Shown here one piece after another: positions 1 through 12,707 of a DNA stretch of 37,332 nucleotides; position 1 is the stretch's first letter; every line of letters begins with the position of its first letter. The notes under the pieces were generated by a model that saw only the letters and a list, made by a program, of their open reading frames with translations, was not told the DNA's origin and ran no database searches. Source of the stretch: Octopus bimaculoides (Eukaryota); assembly GCF_001194135.2 (NCBI RefSeq), contig NC_068990.1:84059255-84096586 (forward strand), written 5' to 3'. The position numbers and the translations under genes are program-made.

Positions 1-555
1 TGGTGGTGGTGGTGGTTTTGGTGGTGGTGCCATTGGATCATATCAAATTTTCCTCATGAAATTTGATGAGTCATTAGGAGCATTATGGACGGTGAGATGT
101 GAAAACCTATTCCATCGCCAACAACAACAAAAAAAAACACTTTGAACATAAACGTCATCGTCGTGGCAGTGGTGGCGGTGATAATGTGGCTCCTGGTGGT
201 GGCGCTGGTGAGGGTCATGGTATAAGCGGCGATCTAATTGTAGTTGTGCTCGCGGTTACGATAAAGATGTCATGTTGATGATGGTGCCTTGTCAACGAAG
301 TCAAGGAACGAGAAAATAAACATTTAAAGTCCTCCGTTTAACTAAAGATTACGCTAATAGGAGTCATTATTACTGTCATTATGTGTGTGCGTGAGCGTGT
401 GTGTACAAATATACGCACATATACATATACATATTACTTATATATGCACACATACACATGCGCACATATATACATACATAAAATTATATACATAACTTTT
501 ATCTATGTTTCTCCTGTCCCTCACTTTTTCCCCTCTTTCTCTATTTCTTCTTATA

Positions 556-738
556 TAACACACACACACACACACACACATACACACATACACACACACA
601 TACACACACACACACACATACACACATACACACACACACACATACACACACATACACACACACACACATACATACACACACAAATACACACGTACACACA
701 CATACACACACACATACACACACACACACACATACACA
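556..738. repeat. (CA)n/(CATA) microsatellite abutting gap
   Basis: Direct reading. Confidence 0.95.
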
Positions 739-1395
739 NNNNNNNNNNNNNNNNNNNNNNNNNNNNNNNNNNNNNNNNNNNNNNNNNNNNNNNNNNNNNN
801 NNNNNNNNNNNNNNNNNNNNNNNNNNNNNNNNNNNNNNNNNNNNNNNNNNNNNNNNNNNNNNNNNNNNNNNNNNNNNNNNNNNNNNNNNNNNNNNNNNNN
901 NNNNNNNNNNNNNNNNNNNNNNNNNNNNNNNNNNNNNNNNNNNNNNNNNNNNNNNNNNNNNNNNNNNNNNNNNNNNNNNNNNNNNNNNNNNNNNNNNNNN
1001 NNNNNNNNNNNNNNNNNNNNNNNNNNNNNNNNNNNNNNNNNNNNNNNNNNNNNNNNNNNNNNNNNNNNNNNNNNNNNNNNNNNNNNNNNNNNNNNNNNNN
1101 NNNNNNNNNNNNNNNNNNNNNNNNNNNNNNNNNNNNNNNNNNNNNNNNNNNNNNNNNNNNNNNNNNNNNNNNNNNNNNNNNNNNNNNNNNNNNNNNNNNN
1201 NNNNNNNNNNNNNNNNNNNNNNNNNNNNNNNNNNNNNNNNNNNNNNNNNNNNNNNNNNNNNNNNNNNNNNNNNNNNNNNNNNNNNNNNNNNNNNNNNNNN
1301 NNNNNNNNNNNNNNNNNNNNNNNNNNNNNNNGGCGAGTGCCTTTTTTCTTCCGCTCACCTCCATTCCCTTTCGCAGTTTTTTTCCCCTCCAGCAA

Positions 1396-1626
1396 GGCGG
1401 CGCGAAGGCAGAAACGTTTGTGCACCGGGTGAAATATTTAGCGAGTATTTCGTCTGACGTTACGTTCTGAGTTCAAATTCCGCCGAGGTCGACTTTGCCT
1501 TTCATCCTTTCGGGGTCGATAAATTAAGTACCAGTTACCCACTGGGGTTGATGTAATCGACTTAATCCCTTGTCTTTCCTTGTTTGTCTCCTCTATGTTT
1601 AGCCCCTTGTGGGCAATAAAGAAATA
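1396..1626 (+). mobile_element. tRNA-derived SINE, family A (tail type 1)
   Basis: Head GGCGGCG..GGCAGAAACG and B-box-like GAGTTCAAATTCC. Core GGTCGACTTTGCCTTTCATCCTTTCGGGGTCGATAAA resembles the Meta/MESC SINE domain. The same head and core recur more than 10 times in the window. Confidence 0.85.
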
Positions 1627-1628
1627 AA

Positions 1629-1826
1629 AAAACGTTGGCACGTCGAGCGAAATGCTTAGCAGTATTTCGTCTGACGTTACGTTCTGAGTTCAAATTCCGC
1701 CGAGGTCGACTTTGCCTTTTATCCTTTTGGGGTCAATAAATTAAGTAGCAGCTACGTACTGAGGTCTATCTAATCGACTGCCCCCTCCCCAAAAATTTCG
1801 AGCCTTATGCCTAGAGTAGAAAAGTA
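1629..1826 (+). mobile_element. SINE family A (tail type 2), 5'-clipped, in tandem with the previous copy
   Basis: Same head and core as 1396-1626, but the tail is CCCCTCCCCAAAAATTTCGAGCCTTATGCCTAGAGTAGAAAAG, as in the copies at 32888 and 34486. Confidence 0.85.
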
Positions 1827-1891
1827 TTTCCCTCCAGTGTAGGCAATCATTTGCAACTTCCTCCCATTTCAGGACGTCCAGATCAAGCGAC

Positions 1892-2210
1892 TTCAGTCCC
1901 ACTGCATGGCATCTTGTGCAAGTGTCTTCTATAACCTCGGGCCGACCAAAGCCTTATGAGTGGATTTGGTAGACGGAAACTAAAAGAATCCTGTCGTATA
2001 TATATGCATGTATGTGTGAGTGCGTTTGTCCCCACCCCACTTGGCAACCGATGTTGGTGTGTTCACGTCCCCGTAACCTAGCGGTTCGGCAATAGACACC
2101 GATAGAATAAGTACTAGGCTTACAAAGATTAAGTCCTGGGGTCGATTTGTTCGACTAAAGGCGGTGCTCCAGCATGGCCGCAATCAAATGACTGAAACAA
2201 ATAAAAGAAT
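1892..2210 (+). mobile_element. Bipartite SINE, family B/C, with internal microsatellite
   Basis: Module B (TTCAGTCCCACTG..GGCCGACCAAAGCCTT..GGATTTGGTAGACGGAAACT), then a (TA/TG) tract, then module C (CAACCGATGTTGGTGTG..GGCGGTGCTCCAGCATGGCCGCA..AATAAAAGAAT). Homologous to 30697-31070 and 35317-35520. Confidence 0.85.
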
Positions 2211-2516
2211 ATATGTATGTGTATGTGTATATATGTGTATACGTTTGTGTGTGTATATATATATATGGAAGGGTACGTCTGTATATTATATAACTTTACG
2301 TAAGAGGCGCGTGAGTGTGTATTTATGTATCTATCAATAAAAGAAGCGACCCTCATCTCTCACTGACGTAGTTTTTCAAACACAACACTGCTTTTGTAGG
2401 ATTCAAAATCAATAGCGAAAACTGTACAACGAATTCACTTTACGCTCTCAGCGCACAGACATTTATATATTTATAGAGCCACACACGCACAAACACAAAC
2501 ATGCACACACACACAT

Positions 2517-2547
<31 letters not shown>

Positions 2548-2837
2548 CGTGTGAGGGATGTACACATGCGAATCTGTTTATTTTATGGCGTTTTTGCATA
2601 TTGTTCTGAGAGGGCGGTGGAGAATCAATGTGGAAGTAGCTCCGGGAGATTCGATTTTTGTTGCTGTGTTAAGGTTACTGTTTAGTTTTTATTATTGTCG
2701 CTGCTGCTGCTGCTTCTGTTGTTGTTGTTGTTGTTTTTGTTCTTGGTGGTGGTGGTGGTGGTGGTGGTTATATATCTGGCCACTTTTACTTTTTTTTCCT
2801 ATAAACAACTTTCTCATATTAATGATTTTGTGTGTGT

Positions 2838-2871
<34 letters not shown>

Positions 2872-3984
2872 NNNNNNNNNNNNNNNNNNNNNNNNNNNNN
2901 NNNNNNNNNNNNNNNNNNNNNNNNNNNNNNNNNNNNNNNNNNNNNNNNNNNNNNNNNNNNNNNNNNNNNNNNNNNNNNNNNNNNNNNNNNNNNNNNNNNN
3001 NNNNNNNNNNNNNNNNNNNNNNNNNNNNNNNNNNNNNNNNNNNNNNNNNNNNNNNNNNNNNNNNNNNNNNNNNNNNNNNNNNNNNNNNNNNNNNNNNNNN
3101 NNNNNNNNNNNNNNNNNNNNNNTATATATATATTCGATTTATATCCAAACAAGTATATACAAGAATTGAAGTGAAAGGAGCACTATATGCATGCGTATAT
3201 ATACCTTTCCCTTTATACTGTCTACTTGTATATATGATCTACTCAACCGCACTGGATCATGTCAACAGCTTTCGGTTGAGTATTAATCAGAGTTGCCCAT
3301 ATACATCAAGACAGATCGAATCTATATTACCAAGGTAACCAAATTAATAACCCCTCTCCAGACTTTACCTAGCTACCAGGTGTGTAAGGCAAACAACCAC
3401 TTAACTCTCCTCCGATAATCTTACCTGTTGTTGTCGCCGTACAGTCATTCATCACTAAATTTTACAATTTCAATAAAACTTAATGGAACCAGTGTTATAA
3501 AGCCAATATTTCAGTTCGATGAATTCTATATCAACACAAATTTTCATCAAAATTATTGTGGAAGCTCCCAAAAAAGTATATCCCAGAAGGCAACATAATA
3601 TAATCCAAATTGCAACCGGAAATAGTCAACCTAGACAAGGAATCCACTAAAATATAATGCGCTAACACCATAATGAACAGAAATAAAAGTCAGTATGAAG
3701 CAACCAAAGAAAATAAACAGAAATGACCAACATTTATAGACATAGACCATAAAAACAAACAATACAATATTATACAACGCAGCATTATTTTTTTCATATT
3801 TCATACGTTAGTATAAAAAAAAATTACACTAATATAATCTCAGCATACTTAATGCAGGGAAAATCAAAAAGTTGGCTAGAAATATTTATGTAGTGGGTGG
3901 GAGGAGAAACAAGAACGAAGAATACGATATTACTCAATGAATGATATTATTATTTATTTATTTCAAGCGTGGGGAAACAACTCC

Positions 3985-4020
3985 TGACACGTTTTGGTTT
4001 ATTATGGCCTCATCAGCGTA
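3985..4020 (-). ncRNA. Degenerate minimal hammerhead ribozyme (PLE type)
   Basis: Reverse complement reads CTGATGA-GGCC-ATAATA-AACC-AAAA-CGTGTC, against the canonical CUGAUGA-stem II-GAAACGCGUC. Several substitutions are present, so it is probably inactive. Confidence 0.5.
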
Positions 4021-4630
4021 GGGTAAATTTCACCGTAGCAGCCGACGTAATGATGGATGATTTAGCAAGTAAATAAAGATTAGTATTGGAAACTTAACAT
4101 GTCAAGAGAATAAATAATCCAATTTCCATAAGAAGCAATTGTGAAATTAGAGTTAACATATCTAGTACAAGGGGTAATAATAAGTTAACTAGTAATAAAT
4201 CTGCAATAAAGACATCACATTTCCTTTCTGAAAGCTAGGCAGAATCTTAAAAAGCTGAAGTGGCACCACATAGACCCATCACCTATTTCTGCTCCCTTTC
4301 AAACATTCAAGAATTAATCCACCATGACATCATAAGCTTACATAAAGAAAATGGAAGATAAAAGTAGTGTGGGAATCAGAGATGAAGTTTGCTGAAATGG
4401 CAAGCTGAAATAATTAGAGATTGTAGTTTCTAGCAGAGAAGAGCGAAAGACTGTGAAAATAAATAAGCGTAGGATTAATCAGGCGATGTACATATATGAG
4501 TGTATTTCTATAAGTGTATCCAAGAATAGTTAGTGAATTGTGTGACCAGTTTCTACAAAATGCAATAAACCAGAGAGTTATTTAATACAAAACATTGCAT
4601 TTTTAGACGTGCAGATGAAGTGGTCGTGTT
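3985..4630 (-). mobile_element. Penelope-like element 3' end (GIY-YIG endonuclease remnant plus 3' pseudo-LTR)
   Basis: Minus strand 4628-4530 translates to HDHFICTSKNAMFCIK*LSGLLHFVETGHTIH. This matches the PLE GIY-YIG pattern DHFTCTSxNVIYCIxCxxCxxLYIGETGR. A hammerhead-like motif follows downstream. Confidence 0.65.
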
Positions 4631-5809
4631 ATAGAGGTGCAGGTGAAACATATGTATCATCGCAGCGGAGATGAGCGTAGGCAAAGAATTTAGATTAGGT
4701 GACGTAAGGACGAAAGAACTGCTGAGCAGAAAGTTCTGCAAATTGCATTCACATCGGATGGAAAGAAAATATTGATCAAGAAAGATGTGGAGGAGACGGA
4801 GGTTAGCGGATGGAAAGATGATTTATTGTTGGGATGGTTCAGAGCTGGATGATGGAGATGTGATCAACAGCGAGAAATAAAAGCCAAACCTTTATTTAAA
4901 TTGTACCCAACTGTCCTTAAAATGAAGAGCGCATTAGATAGTGATATACTCAAAGCTTGATAAAAATAATTTTTTCCAGATGGTCTTTAATTCTGAATAT
5001 CTTTTCCTCACTGAGTTGATAGCGTGTGATTAGAACTCTGTTAATTTTATGTGTTCGACTGGAATTGATCTGGAGCTAAACAAGACAACTACTGAGACCG
5101 AAATACGTCTGGAGTTATCACTGTAATTGCTACATACTTTTGCTTAAATTAGAGCCACTTTTCATCTTATAGTCCTCTACCTTGTCGCCCTGTCAAAAAT
5201 TATTATTAACGCCAATGGTGGTTTTCTTCTCATTACTGGTTTAATTTCAATTGGTAAAAAAATTGTTTTTGGTTCACTACACAACGTATGTCAACCTACA
5301 CTTAACTGTAACCGTAACACTGTCTTAAAACTACTCTCCTCTTTTATTCAATCTGGTCAAACACAAAGGTTGCACTTACGCACAAAAATAGCAGCAGCAG
5401 TATCACTAACGTCATTGGTATAAAACACTGTGATGTAAGGTACACACATATGTACACCCAATGATACATTCAGATGAACAGCTTGAGTACAACAAGCAAG
5501 TCTGCCTCGACCATCTCAGCTGTGGCCACAACAAAAACCAGCTGGAGTACAGGAACAGACTAGAGAATAGAATAAAAGTAACATGCTGCACTTTACTGTT
5601 TTATTTTATATGTTTCACTGCTGTGTATTGACGTATTCGATCTGGTGCAAGCATCTAATATCATGAACAATACATTTGGAATATTCCACGCTATGGAGCA
5701 TCACTTTACAATACAATATGGTGTACAAAAGCAGTACAATGCAGTGCAATACCAATAGACAAGTAAAAACAGTAACTACTTGTGACAACACTATACATAC
5801 ACATGTACA

Positions 5810-5868
5810 TATATGTATGTATGTATGCATGTATGTATGTATGTATGTATGTATGTATGTATGTATGT
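5810..5868. repeat. (TATG)n microsatellite
   Basis: Direct reading. Confidence 0.95.
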
Positions 5869-6231
5869 ATAAACAATGAGTGATAAAATACGAGTGTAGA
5901 TAGTCACTAAGTAGTGCTTAAATAGATCAGGATTATAAACTTCACACTTCGTCTTCTGAAAAGAATGTCATGATTCTTCTACACGGAGCTAAATCAATGC
6001 TAGATGAGATTTTGCTTTGCTTTTATGTATACCTAAATATTATTTCAACATTTTACTTGACTGCATAATATGCACTGTTATATCAACTAGTCATCGATCC
6101 TTCGAAACAGTTGTAAAGATGAGACTCAGTATAGATATGACAGACTGTATACGCAACTTTTCATATAAATGCACTCTTTACATCCGTTATTGTGTCTGTC
6201 TTTCAGAAAAAGATAATTAAAATTCATTAAA

Positions 6232-6891
6232 ATGACAGATCTATCGCACTTTCAAAGAGGGCAAATTGTTGGTGCTCGTATGGCAGGCGCTAGCGTAATG
6301 AAAACAGCTGAAATGTTTGGTGTATCTAGATGTAGTGTCTCGAAAGTAATGAAAGCCATTGAGAAAGAGGGAGAAACCTCCTCGTCGAAACAAAACTGCG
6401 GAAGAAAACCAAAACATTCAGATAGGGACCGTCGGACTCTTACGCGAATTGTTAGAAAGCATCACAAAAGTACAGCTTCCAGCATTACTGCAGAGCTTCA
6501 TGACCACCTCGATAACCCAGTTTCCATAAAAACTGTTCGCCAGGAGTTGCATAAAGCCGGATTTCACGGGAGGACTGCAATCAGAAAACCACTACTTGCA
6601 AAAACAAACGTTGCAACGCGTTTACAGTGGAGTAAAAACTACAGAATTGGTCCCTATAGCAGTTGAAGAATGTTATTTTCTCGGATGAGTCATCCTTTAC
6701 CTTATTTCCAACCATAGGCCGAGTATACGTGTGGAGACAGCCAAAAGAAGCATTTGACCCAGACTGCCTTCTTCCAACTGTTAAACATGGAGATGGCAGA
6801 ATTAATAGTCAAGACTATTTAAGCAGTTTATCTGATCAAATTCATCCTATGGTTGCGGAACTGTTTCCGGGGGGAAACACAATCTTTCAGG
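6232..6891 (+). mobile_element. Tc1-family transposase pseudogene (frameshift, stop, internal deletion; 3' end lost in N gap)
   Basis: N-terminal HTH region (RGQIVGARMAGASV..GRKPK..DRDRRTL), RKPLL, and the first catalytic motif VIFSDES, then RVYVWRQP..PTVKHG and IFQ before the gap. Frameshift near 6640 and in-frame TAG at 6657-6659. Confidence 0.92.
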
Positions 6892-7132
6892 NNNNNNNNN
6901 NNNNNNNNNNNNNNNNNNNNNNNNNNNNNNNNNNNNNNNNNNNNNNNNNNNNNNNNNNNNNNNNNNNNNNNNNNNNNNNNNNNNNNNNNNNNNNNNNNNN
7001 NNNNNNNNNNNNNNNNNNNNNNNNNNNNNNNNNNNNNNNNNNNNNNNNNNNNNNNNNNNNNNNNNNNNNNNNNNNNNNNNNNNNNNNNNNNNNNNNNNNN
7101 NNNNNNNNNNNNNNNNNNNNNNNNNNNNNNNN

Positions 7133-7156
7133 TATGCGTATATGTGTATGTGTGTG

Positions 7157-7223
<67 letters not shown>

Positions 7224-7241
7224 CATACATACATACATACA

Positions 7242-7275
<34 letters not shown>
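7133..7275. repeat. (TG)n-(CATA)n compound microsatellite
   Basis: Direct reading. Confidence 0.95.
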
Positions 7276-9689
7276 CAATATAAATAAGTAGAGAAAAAGA
7301 TTTTGTCGGATAAACACACATATTCGTGCCTGTGTGTCGATATGCATAGATATATTTTCTTCACTTATCATCATCCTCTTTATAATTGTTGTTGCTGTTG
7401 TTGCTATGCTGTTGTAATTGTTTTGTTATGATATAGTCGATAAGAACCCGATGGTGAACGCAAACAGTTAATGAGATAATTGCGCTGAAGTTTTGTTGGT
7501 AAAACTGTTTCTGTATCGACTGAAACGAAATGAAATAACAGACATAAATGAAATTAATGAAACTTACATACTTAACCTATGTGTTTTAGCAATTAATGCC
7601 TTATAATAAGGCATATCACCCGTAATTAAAGAAATTCGTAACGAGAATCTAAGGATTTTGATGGGGTTGACAGGAGTGTGTTCGAAGTATTGGATGAGCT
7701 GAGAAAGTTGAGTGATCTGAAAAATTTGAGATAGGTCTTCCCTTACATATTTTGACTCACGAAACGAAACCAATATAGGGTGCCCTGGTATTTAATCATT
7801 TCAAATTAATGCGTAAAGTTTAATTTTTTGTATCACATTAAAAGTTTGAACCTAAATTATAACTCCGTCCTAGTAGACAGTGATCAAATCAATAGGAGTA
7901 ATATGGAGGGAAAATTAGCCCGTGATTTTTGGTGGAAAGTATGAATATTCACACGGCTACAGCGTTTGAGCATATTTGGCGTCATTTGTTTCCTAATAAA
8001 GAGCTAAAATCGTATTTTAAAATCATATTAACTTTAAATAAGGTACTGTATTTGTGATAGTGTAACTCATTTAACATCGGGCTGCGGTGGATAGATCTCG
8101 GTCAGAATTTCCGACCACGAATATTCAGTCTTTTCATCAACTAAACCACCAGGCTCATTGAATAGGCCTGTGAATGGCTGGGCAATCCATGGACATGTGT
8201 TTACTTGATGTAATTCTGAGGTGTAACCAGCGTAACAAGTTGTGCCAAAACTGGACCTTTGAATTACAGGTACGATTCATCTGACATGTTTCTACAATTT
8301 CCATCTTCCCAATTTCACTCACGTGGATAGAGATCCCAGTAGTTTCGAACAGGTAGTCATGCGTTTGAACATTTCGTTCATATCTGGTGGTATAAATATG
8401 AACATGAGTTTATGGTATCTGTGAGTAACCAGAAATGGTAGGTCCCACTGATTTGATTAAGTCAACCCAGTTTTCAAAGGCTATCTCTACTTCAGATGGC
8501 TCAAAGGCCTGCTTAACAAGAATATCAAAGATCACACTAGTAGCGTGGGGTGTTTAACTGGGTCTTAGTAATTCCAGCTTCTATAAAAACGCCAGGCTTT
8601 CCAGATTCACATACGACATTCACCCGTTATAGCCGACAGGTACATTTAATGTGAAACTCAAGACTTGTAAAAAGAAAAACACAAGCTCTACAGTATAGAA
8701 AATTACTTTATAATATCATTTAAATTCGTCAGTTTTAAGCTTTTATAATTATTTCTAAATTAACCTAATCTTAAAACATTTACGCTGATATCAGCGATAC
8801 AGTATCTTATAATTACAATTAATTGTAAATACAAGTGCACGTCTCTGATTAGAAGCCAATGACACCAAATATGATCAGAGCGGATCATCAACTCAGACGT
8901 GAACTCACGCCTCCAATTCTAGGTCCCACATTACTCCTACTGAGTTGATCATTATCCATCTTGCCTAAAACTGTAATTTCGTTCCTTACCTTTGGTACTA
9001 AAGAGTAAAATTTTGCATCGAATTGAAATGAAAATTGATTTCTTCTAACTTCAGCGCCTCATTAATTGATTTGTGACTAATTTTATCCTAATTTGGTGAG
9101 ATCTGAGCACAAAACTGACAGATGAAGAGAGAAGGTGGAAGCGAAGGTGACATTTAAATATTCAACCCGACACTAGTATGCTCTACATTACTGTATGGAT
9201 AGTAGTGCGTCGAACAAAATAACAACTTTACAGGGTTTAGGTATGTTTCTTTAAGTTCTAAGTTCAAATCCTGATCATGTCCAATTTTACTTCCTCATTT
9301 CGGTGGCAATAACATATTTTTCTGGGATCGATGTAATCGAACACAACTTTGAAGGCGGTATCTTTGTCTTCTCACTGTCCACTGATTAATGTCCAGTAAA
9401 AGAGTATCGGTTATTTCCTGCTTATGACATTTTTTTTTATCTTACGATTGTCGTAACGTATTTTATTGCTATTGTTGTTGCTGTGGTTACTTTGTTTTAT
9501 ACTAGCTGTTCCATGTCTCATCCAGTGACATTAAGAAACAGCAATTTTGACGTTTTACTGCGTTTGTTATTCATTCACTACAACATCCCCATAAGTGCTC
9601 TGAATAAGATCTTGCTGCCGCACTTGCATTAACACCTTTATGAAACTCGTAGAGTGAAACATTTCTTATGTGATCTTTAGATGGGACAA

Positions 9690-9864
9690 TCATGGTGGTA
9701 AAATTTTCTGAGAATTATGGCCAGAAGTTAGATAATCTGAAAGAAAATAGTACAAATTAGACACAGAGATATCTTAAAACTATAAGAAGAGGTTAAAAAA
9801 TTGATAAATTCGCTCTGAAACATTATTTCTAGAAATCGGACATTACTTTTGCACCAGCCTGATA
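9690..9864 (+). mobile_element. mariner 3'-end remnant with terminal inverted repeat
   Basis: 9841-9864 CATTACTTTTGCACCAGCCTGATA matches the Hsmar1/MADE1-type TIR ATTACTTTTGCACCAACCTAATA. Upstream sequence weakly resembles the WQKV..N end of the transposase. Confidence 0.55.
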
Positions 9865-10243
9865 TGTTTGTGTGTACTGTAAGATATCTATGAAGATTGA
9901 TGTATCCACGTCCCAGATGCTCATATAAATGCATTTTCCTTTTATTGCTCATTAACGAAGATGTACTGGATTTTGTAAAAAATAATAATCATTGTTTGTA
10001 TTGCTATTGATGACATAAATAAACCTTTATTTAATAGCATTAAGTATGTGTTGAGGGTGATTAATAACAGGTTTAAAGAAAGTGTGTAAATATGTACATG
10101 ATCGATGTAGCCTCATCTAATTGTTTTGTTTTTTTTCAGTAAGTCATTCGTGTTGGGCGTGTACTTTGTTATTATAATCACATGGTAATTGCAGTATGTC
10201 ATTACATACACACATACGTGAGTGTATATATACATACATATCC

Positions 10244-10290
<47 letters not shown>

Positions 10291-10525
10291 TGTATAATAC
10301 GTATATGTATGTGCATCTACACACACATATATATATATTTATATATAATAATAATATTAGGGATAAAATCCAAAATTACAGGTAAAAACTCAATTAAAAT
10401 CAATTTATTAAAAATTAAAATTAAATTAAGTTTCACGGTATAAAATATATATAAATATATAGTTTTAGGGAAAAGAACCAAGGTTCATGAACTCATCGAT
10501 GAAAAACCACAGTCACATATAGAAA

Positions 10526-10638
10526 AATTAATAAGTAAAAGCACAATAAATAAGTATAATATAATACAAAGTAAATATCATAAGATAAAGATATGATATT
10601 TACTTTGTATTATATTATACTTATTTTACTTATTAATT
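10526..10638. repeat. Long inverted repeat/hairpin (35-bp perfect arms, 9-nt loop)
   Basis: 10548-10582 is the exact reverse complement of 10592-10626. A further 14 bp pair outside a bulge. Confidence 0.9.
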
Positions 10639-10964
10639 CTCACAAGGCATTGGTTAGTGTGAGGCTAACTTTGAAGATGCCTTGCATGCCTTGCGATGCA
10701 GATTATCACATATAATGTATGACACTGCTGATGCAACGCGATGTGATGAAATATACTTATTTATGTATTTATTTATTTATTTGTTTGTTTAGACACCAAA
10801 ACAACTTCCAGTGTTACTGTATTTTGAACAGATATGGATTTTTTCTTTGCAATTTCTCAGTTTTATGACCCATGAAGTAACTCACTATAAAATTTGCGTT
10901 AAAACAACCACATGTATTCAAGATTCATACGCTTATATACACTAGCATGCATGCAAATATACTT

Positions 10965-11036
10965 GAATAAACAAATACGAGGTTAAGTATAAACAAATAC
11001 AAATTAAGTATAAACAAATACGAATAAACAAATACG
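10965..11036. repeat. Short tandem repeat, unit about (AAGTA)TAAACAAATAC
   Basis: TAAACAAATAC occurs four times in about 70 bp next to the mariner remnant end. Confidence 0.7.
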
Positions 11037-11077
11037 AGATTATTTATTAAGACAAAAGCGGTGCTTGGAAAATTACG

Positions 11078-11400
11078 TCATTTTCGACATAGTCTCCTTG
11101 CTTTTCGATTCTCTTCTTGCAGCAGTCCACAAGTTTGTTTATTCTAGCGGAGAAAGATGTTTTCAGCTGACTGTGCTGCCAATTATGCACCACTTCCTGT
11201 ACTTCTTCGTCTGTGGCAAATCGACGACCTCCATAAAAGATGTTTGAACGGAAGGGGTGAGATCTAGACAGTAGGCAGGATATTCCAGCAACTTGAAATC
11301 CAATTTGTCAATGGTTTCAACGGGGAGGGGCGTATACGGACGTGCATTGTCGTACAACAATGACACTTGATTTGACAATATACCTCGGCTATTGAGTATA
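11078..11400 (-). mobile_element. mariner transposase C-terminal pseudogene fragment
   Basis: LLYDNARPY..LEYPAYCLDLTPS (compare LLHDNARPH..HPAYSPDLAPSD). After frameshifts it reads GRRFATDEEVQEVVHNW and INKLV..GDYVEK*. Confidence 0.88.
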
Positions 11401-11924
11401 CATTGAAAATAATATTTACTTCATAACGTCCTTTCAATTGAATTTTTCCCAAATTTCTAACATTTTTAGATCACTTTTCTTTTTCTTTTTGTAGAAAAAT
11501 GGTGATTCTATTCCCCAAATATTTTGGCTGAGTTTTTACCAGAAGTGCTGCTGCACAGCTATGACAGAACTACACTTAAGATTTGTACTTAAGAATTTTG
11601 GTTATTTAGTGGACGTGGAAGAGTGTGCATTAGAGTATAGGTACAGTCACTCATTACCTGTCTCTGACGGCTCGATAGTATAAAAGATGCGCAGCCAAAA
11701 GCTATTATAGAAATAGAGGGGCTACGACCAATCAGCTATTTTGAACTCTCATGGAGAACCGGAGGTGGGAAATGCTGGATGTGAATCAGCCACCCGATGG
11801 GTACAGAGAATGTGATTACTTATTCGAAATAGATCTGGAGATGGGAAAGTTATGAAAGGTGTTTGGAGAGTCTGTGTGTTGCTTAAGGATGTATGGAGGA
11901 TGAAACTAAGTTTTTATGATGGTA

Positions 11925-11936
11925 GATGGATAGATG

Positions 11937-11987
<51 letters not shown>
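11925..11987. repeat. (GATA)n microsatellite
   Basis: Direct reading. Confidence 0.95.
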
Positions 11988-12043
11988 GTCTTCCAATCAG
12001 TTAAGATCAGAAGCCATGAGAGCCACTGCCGAGTATTGCATCA

Positions 12044-12210
12044 GGACGTGGCGATCTGACAGAATCGTTAGTTAGCACGCCGGGCAAAATACTTTTTGTC
12101 ATGTCGTCCGACTTTACGGTCTAAGTTCAAATTCTGCCGAGGTCGATTTTTGCCTTTCATCCTTTCGGTGTCAACAAAATGAGTATTAGTTGAGCACTGG
12201 CACCGATCTT
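12044..12210 (+). mobile_element. SINE family A, diverged
   Basis: AAGTTCAAATTCTGCCGAGGTCGATTTTTGCCTTTCATCCTTTCGG core, with a head similar to 1396. Confidence 0.8.
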
Positions 12211-12669
12211 ATTATTATTACTAAATGCTTTTTCGTATTCCAGCTACTCCGCTGAGAATTACTTTACCTTCACTCATTTCAATGTCGGTAAAATATAATA
12301 TAAAAGTCCATTGATGCGTTCGATATCGTTCACTAATTCCCTCCTCTCATGATTACTGAACCTTCATCCTAATTCAGAAATCATTGCTATCATTGTTATT
12401 AGGTGTATACTTCACACTATTCATCTTCCTTTGATTGTTAAGTGAATCTGATCACAAATGCAATAATTAGCTGATCAATTTCGGTGTGTGTTGTATTTCC
12501 TTAGGGAATGCACATGATGTATAGTGATGTGAATTTTCTCATGAATCATCCTGCACTCAGTACTTGGTGTGTATATATGTATATATGTATATAAACATTT
12601 CTACGTATGTGTTACAAGTTGCATCTATATGTGGGCTTATGTAACAGTGTATGCGTGTATGTATAAGCA

Positions 12670-12707
<38 letters not shown>

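Noticed and set aside
1-290. Gly/Val-rich coding sequence
   Set aside because: Low-complexity (GGT)n-type sequence with stops and no sustained ORF.
1396-1490. tRNA gene (A/B-box-like head)
   Set aside because: It is a SINE head continuous with the SINE core, and I could not fold a cloverleaf.
7630-7740. KDFDGVDRS resembling the RT motif KAFDSVDR
   Set aside because: It is a single short motif with no flanking RT support.
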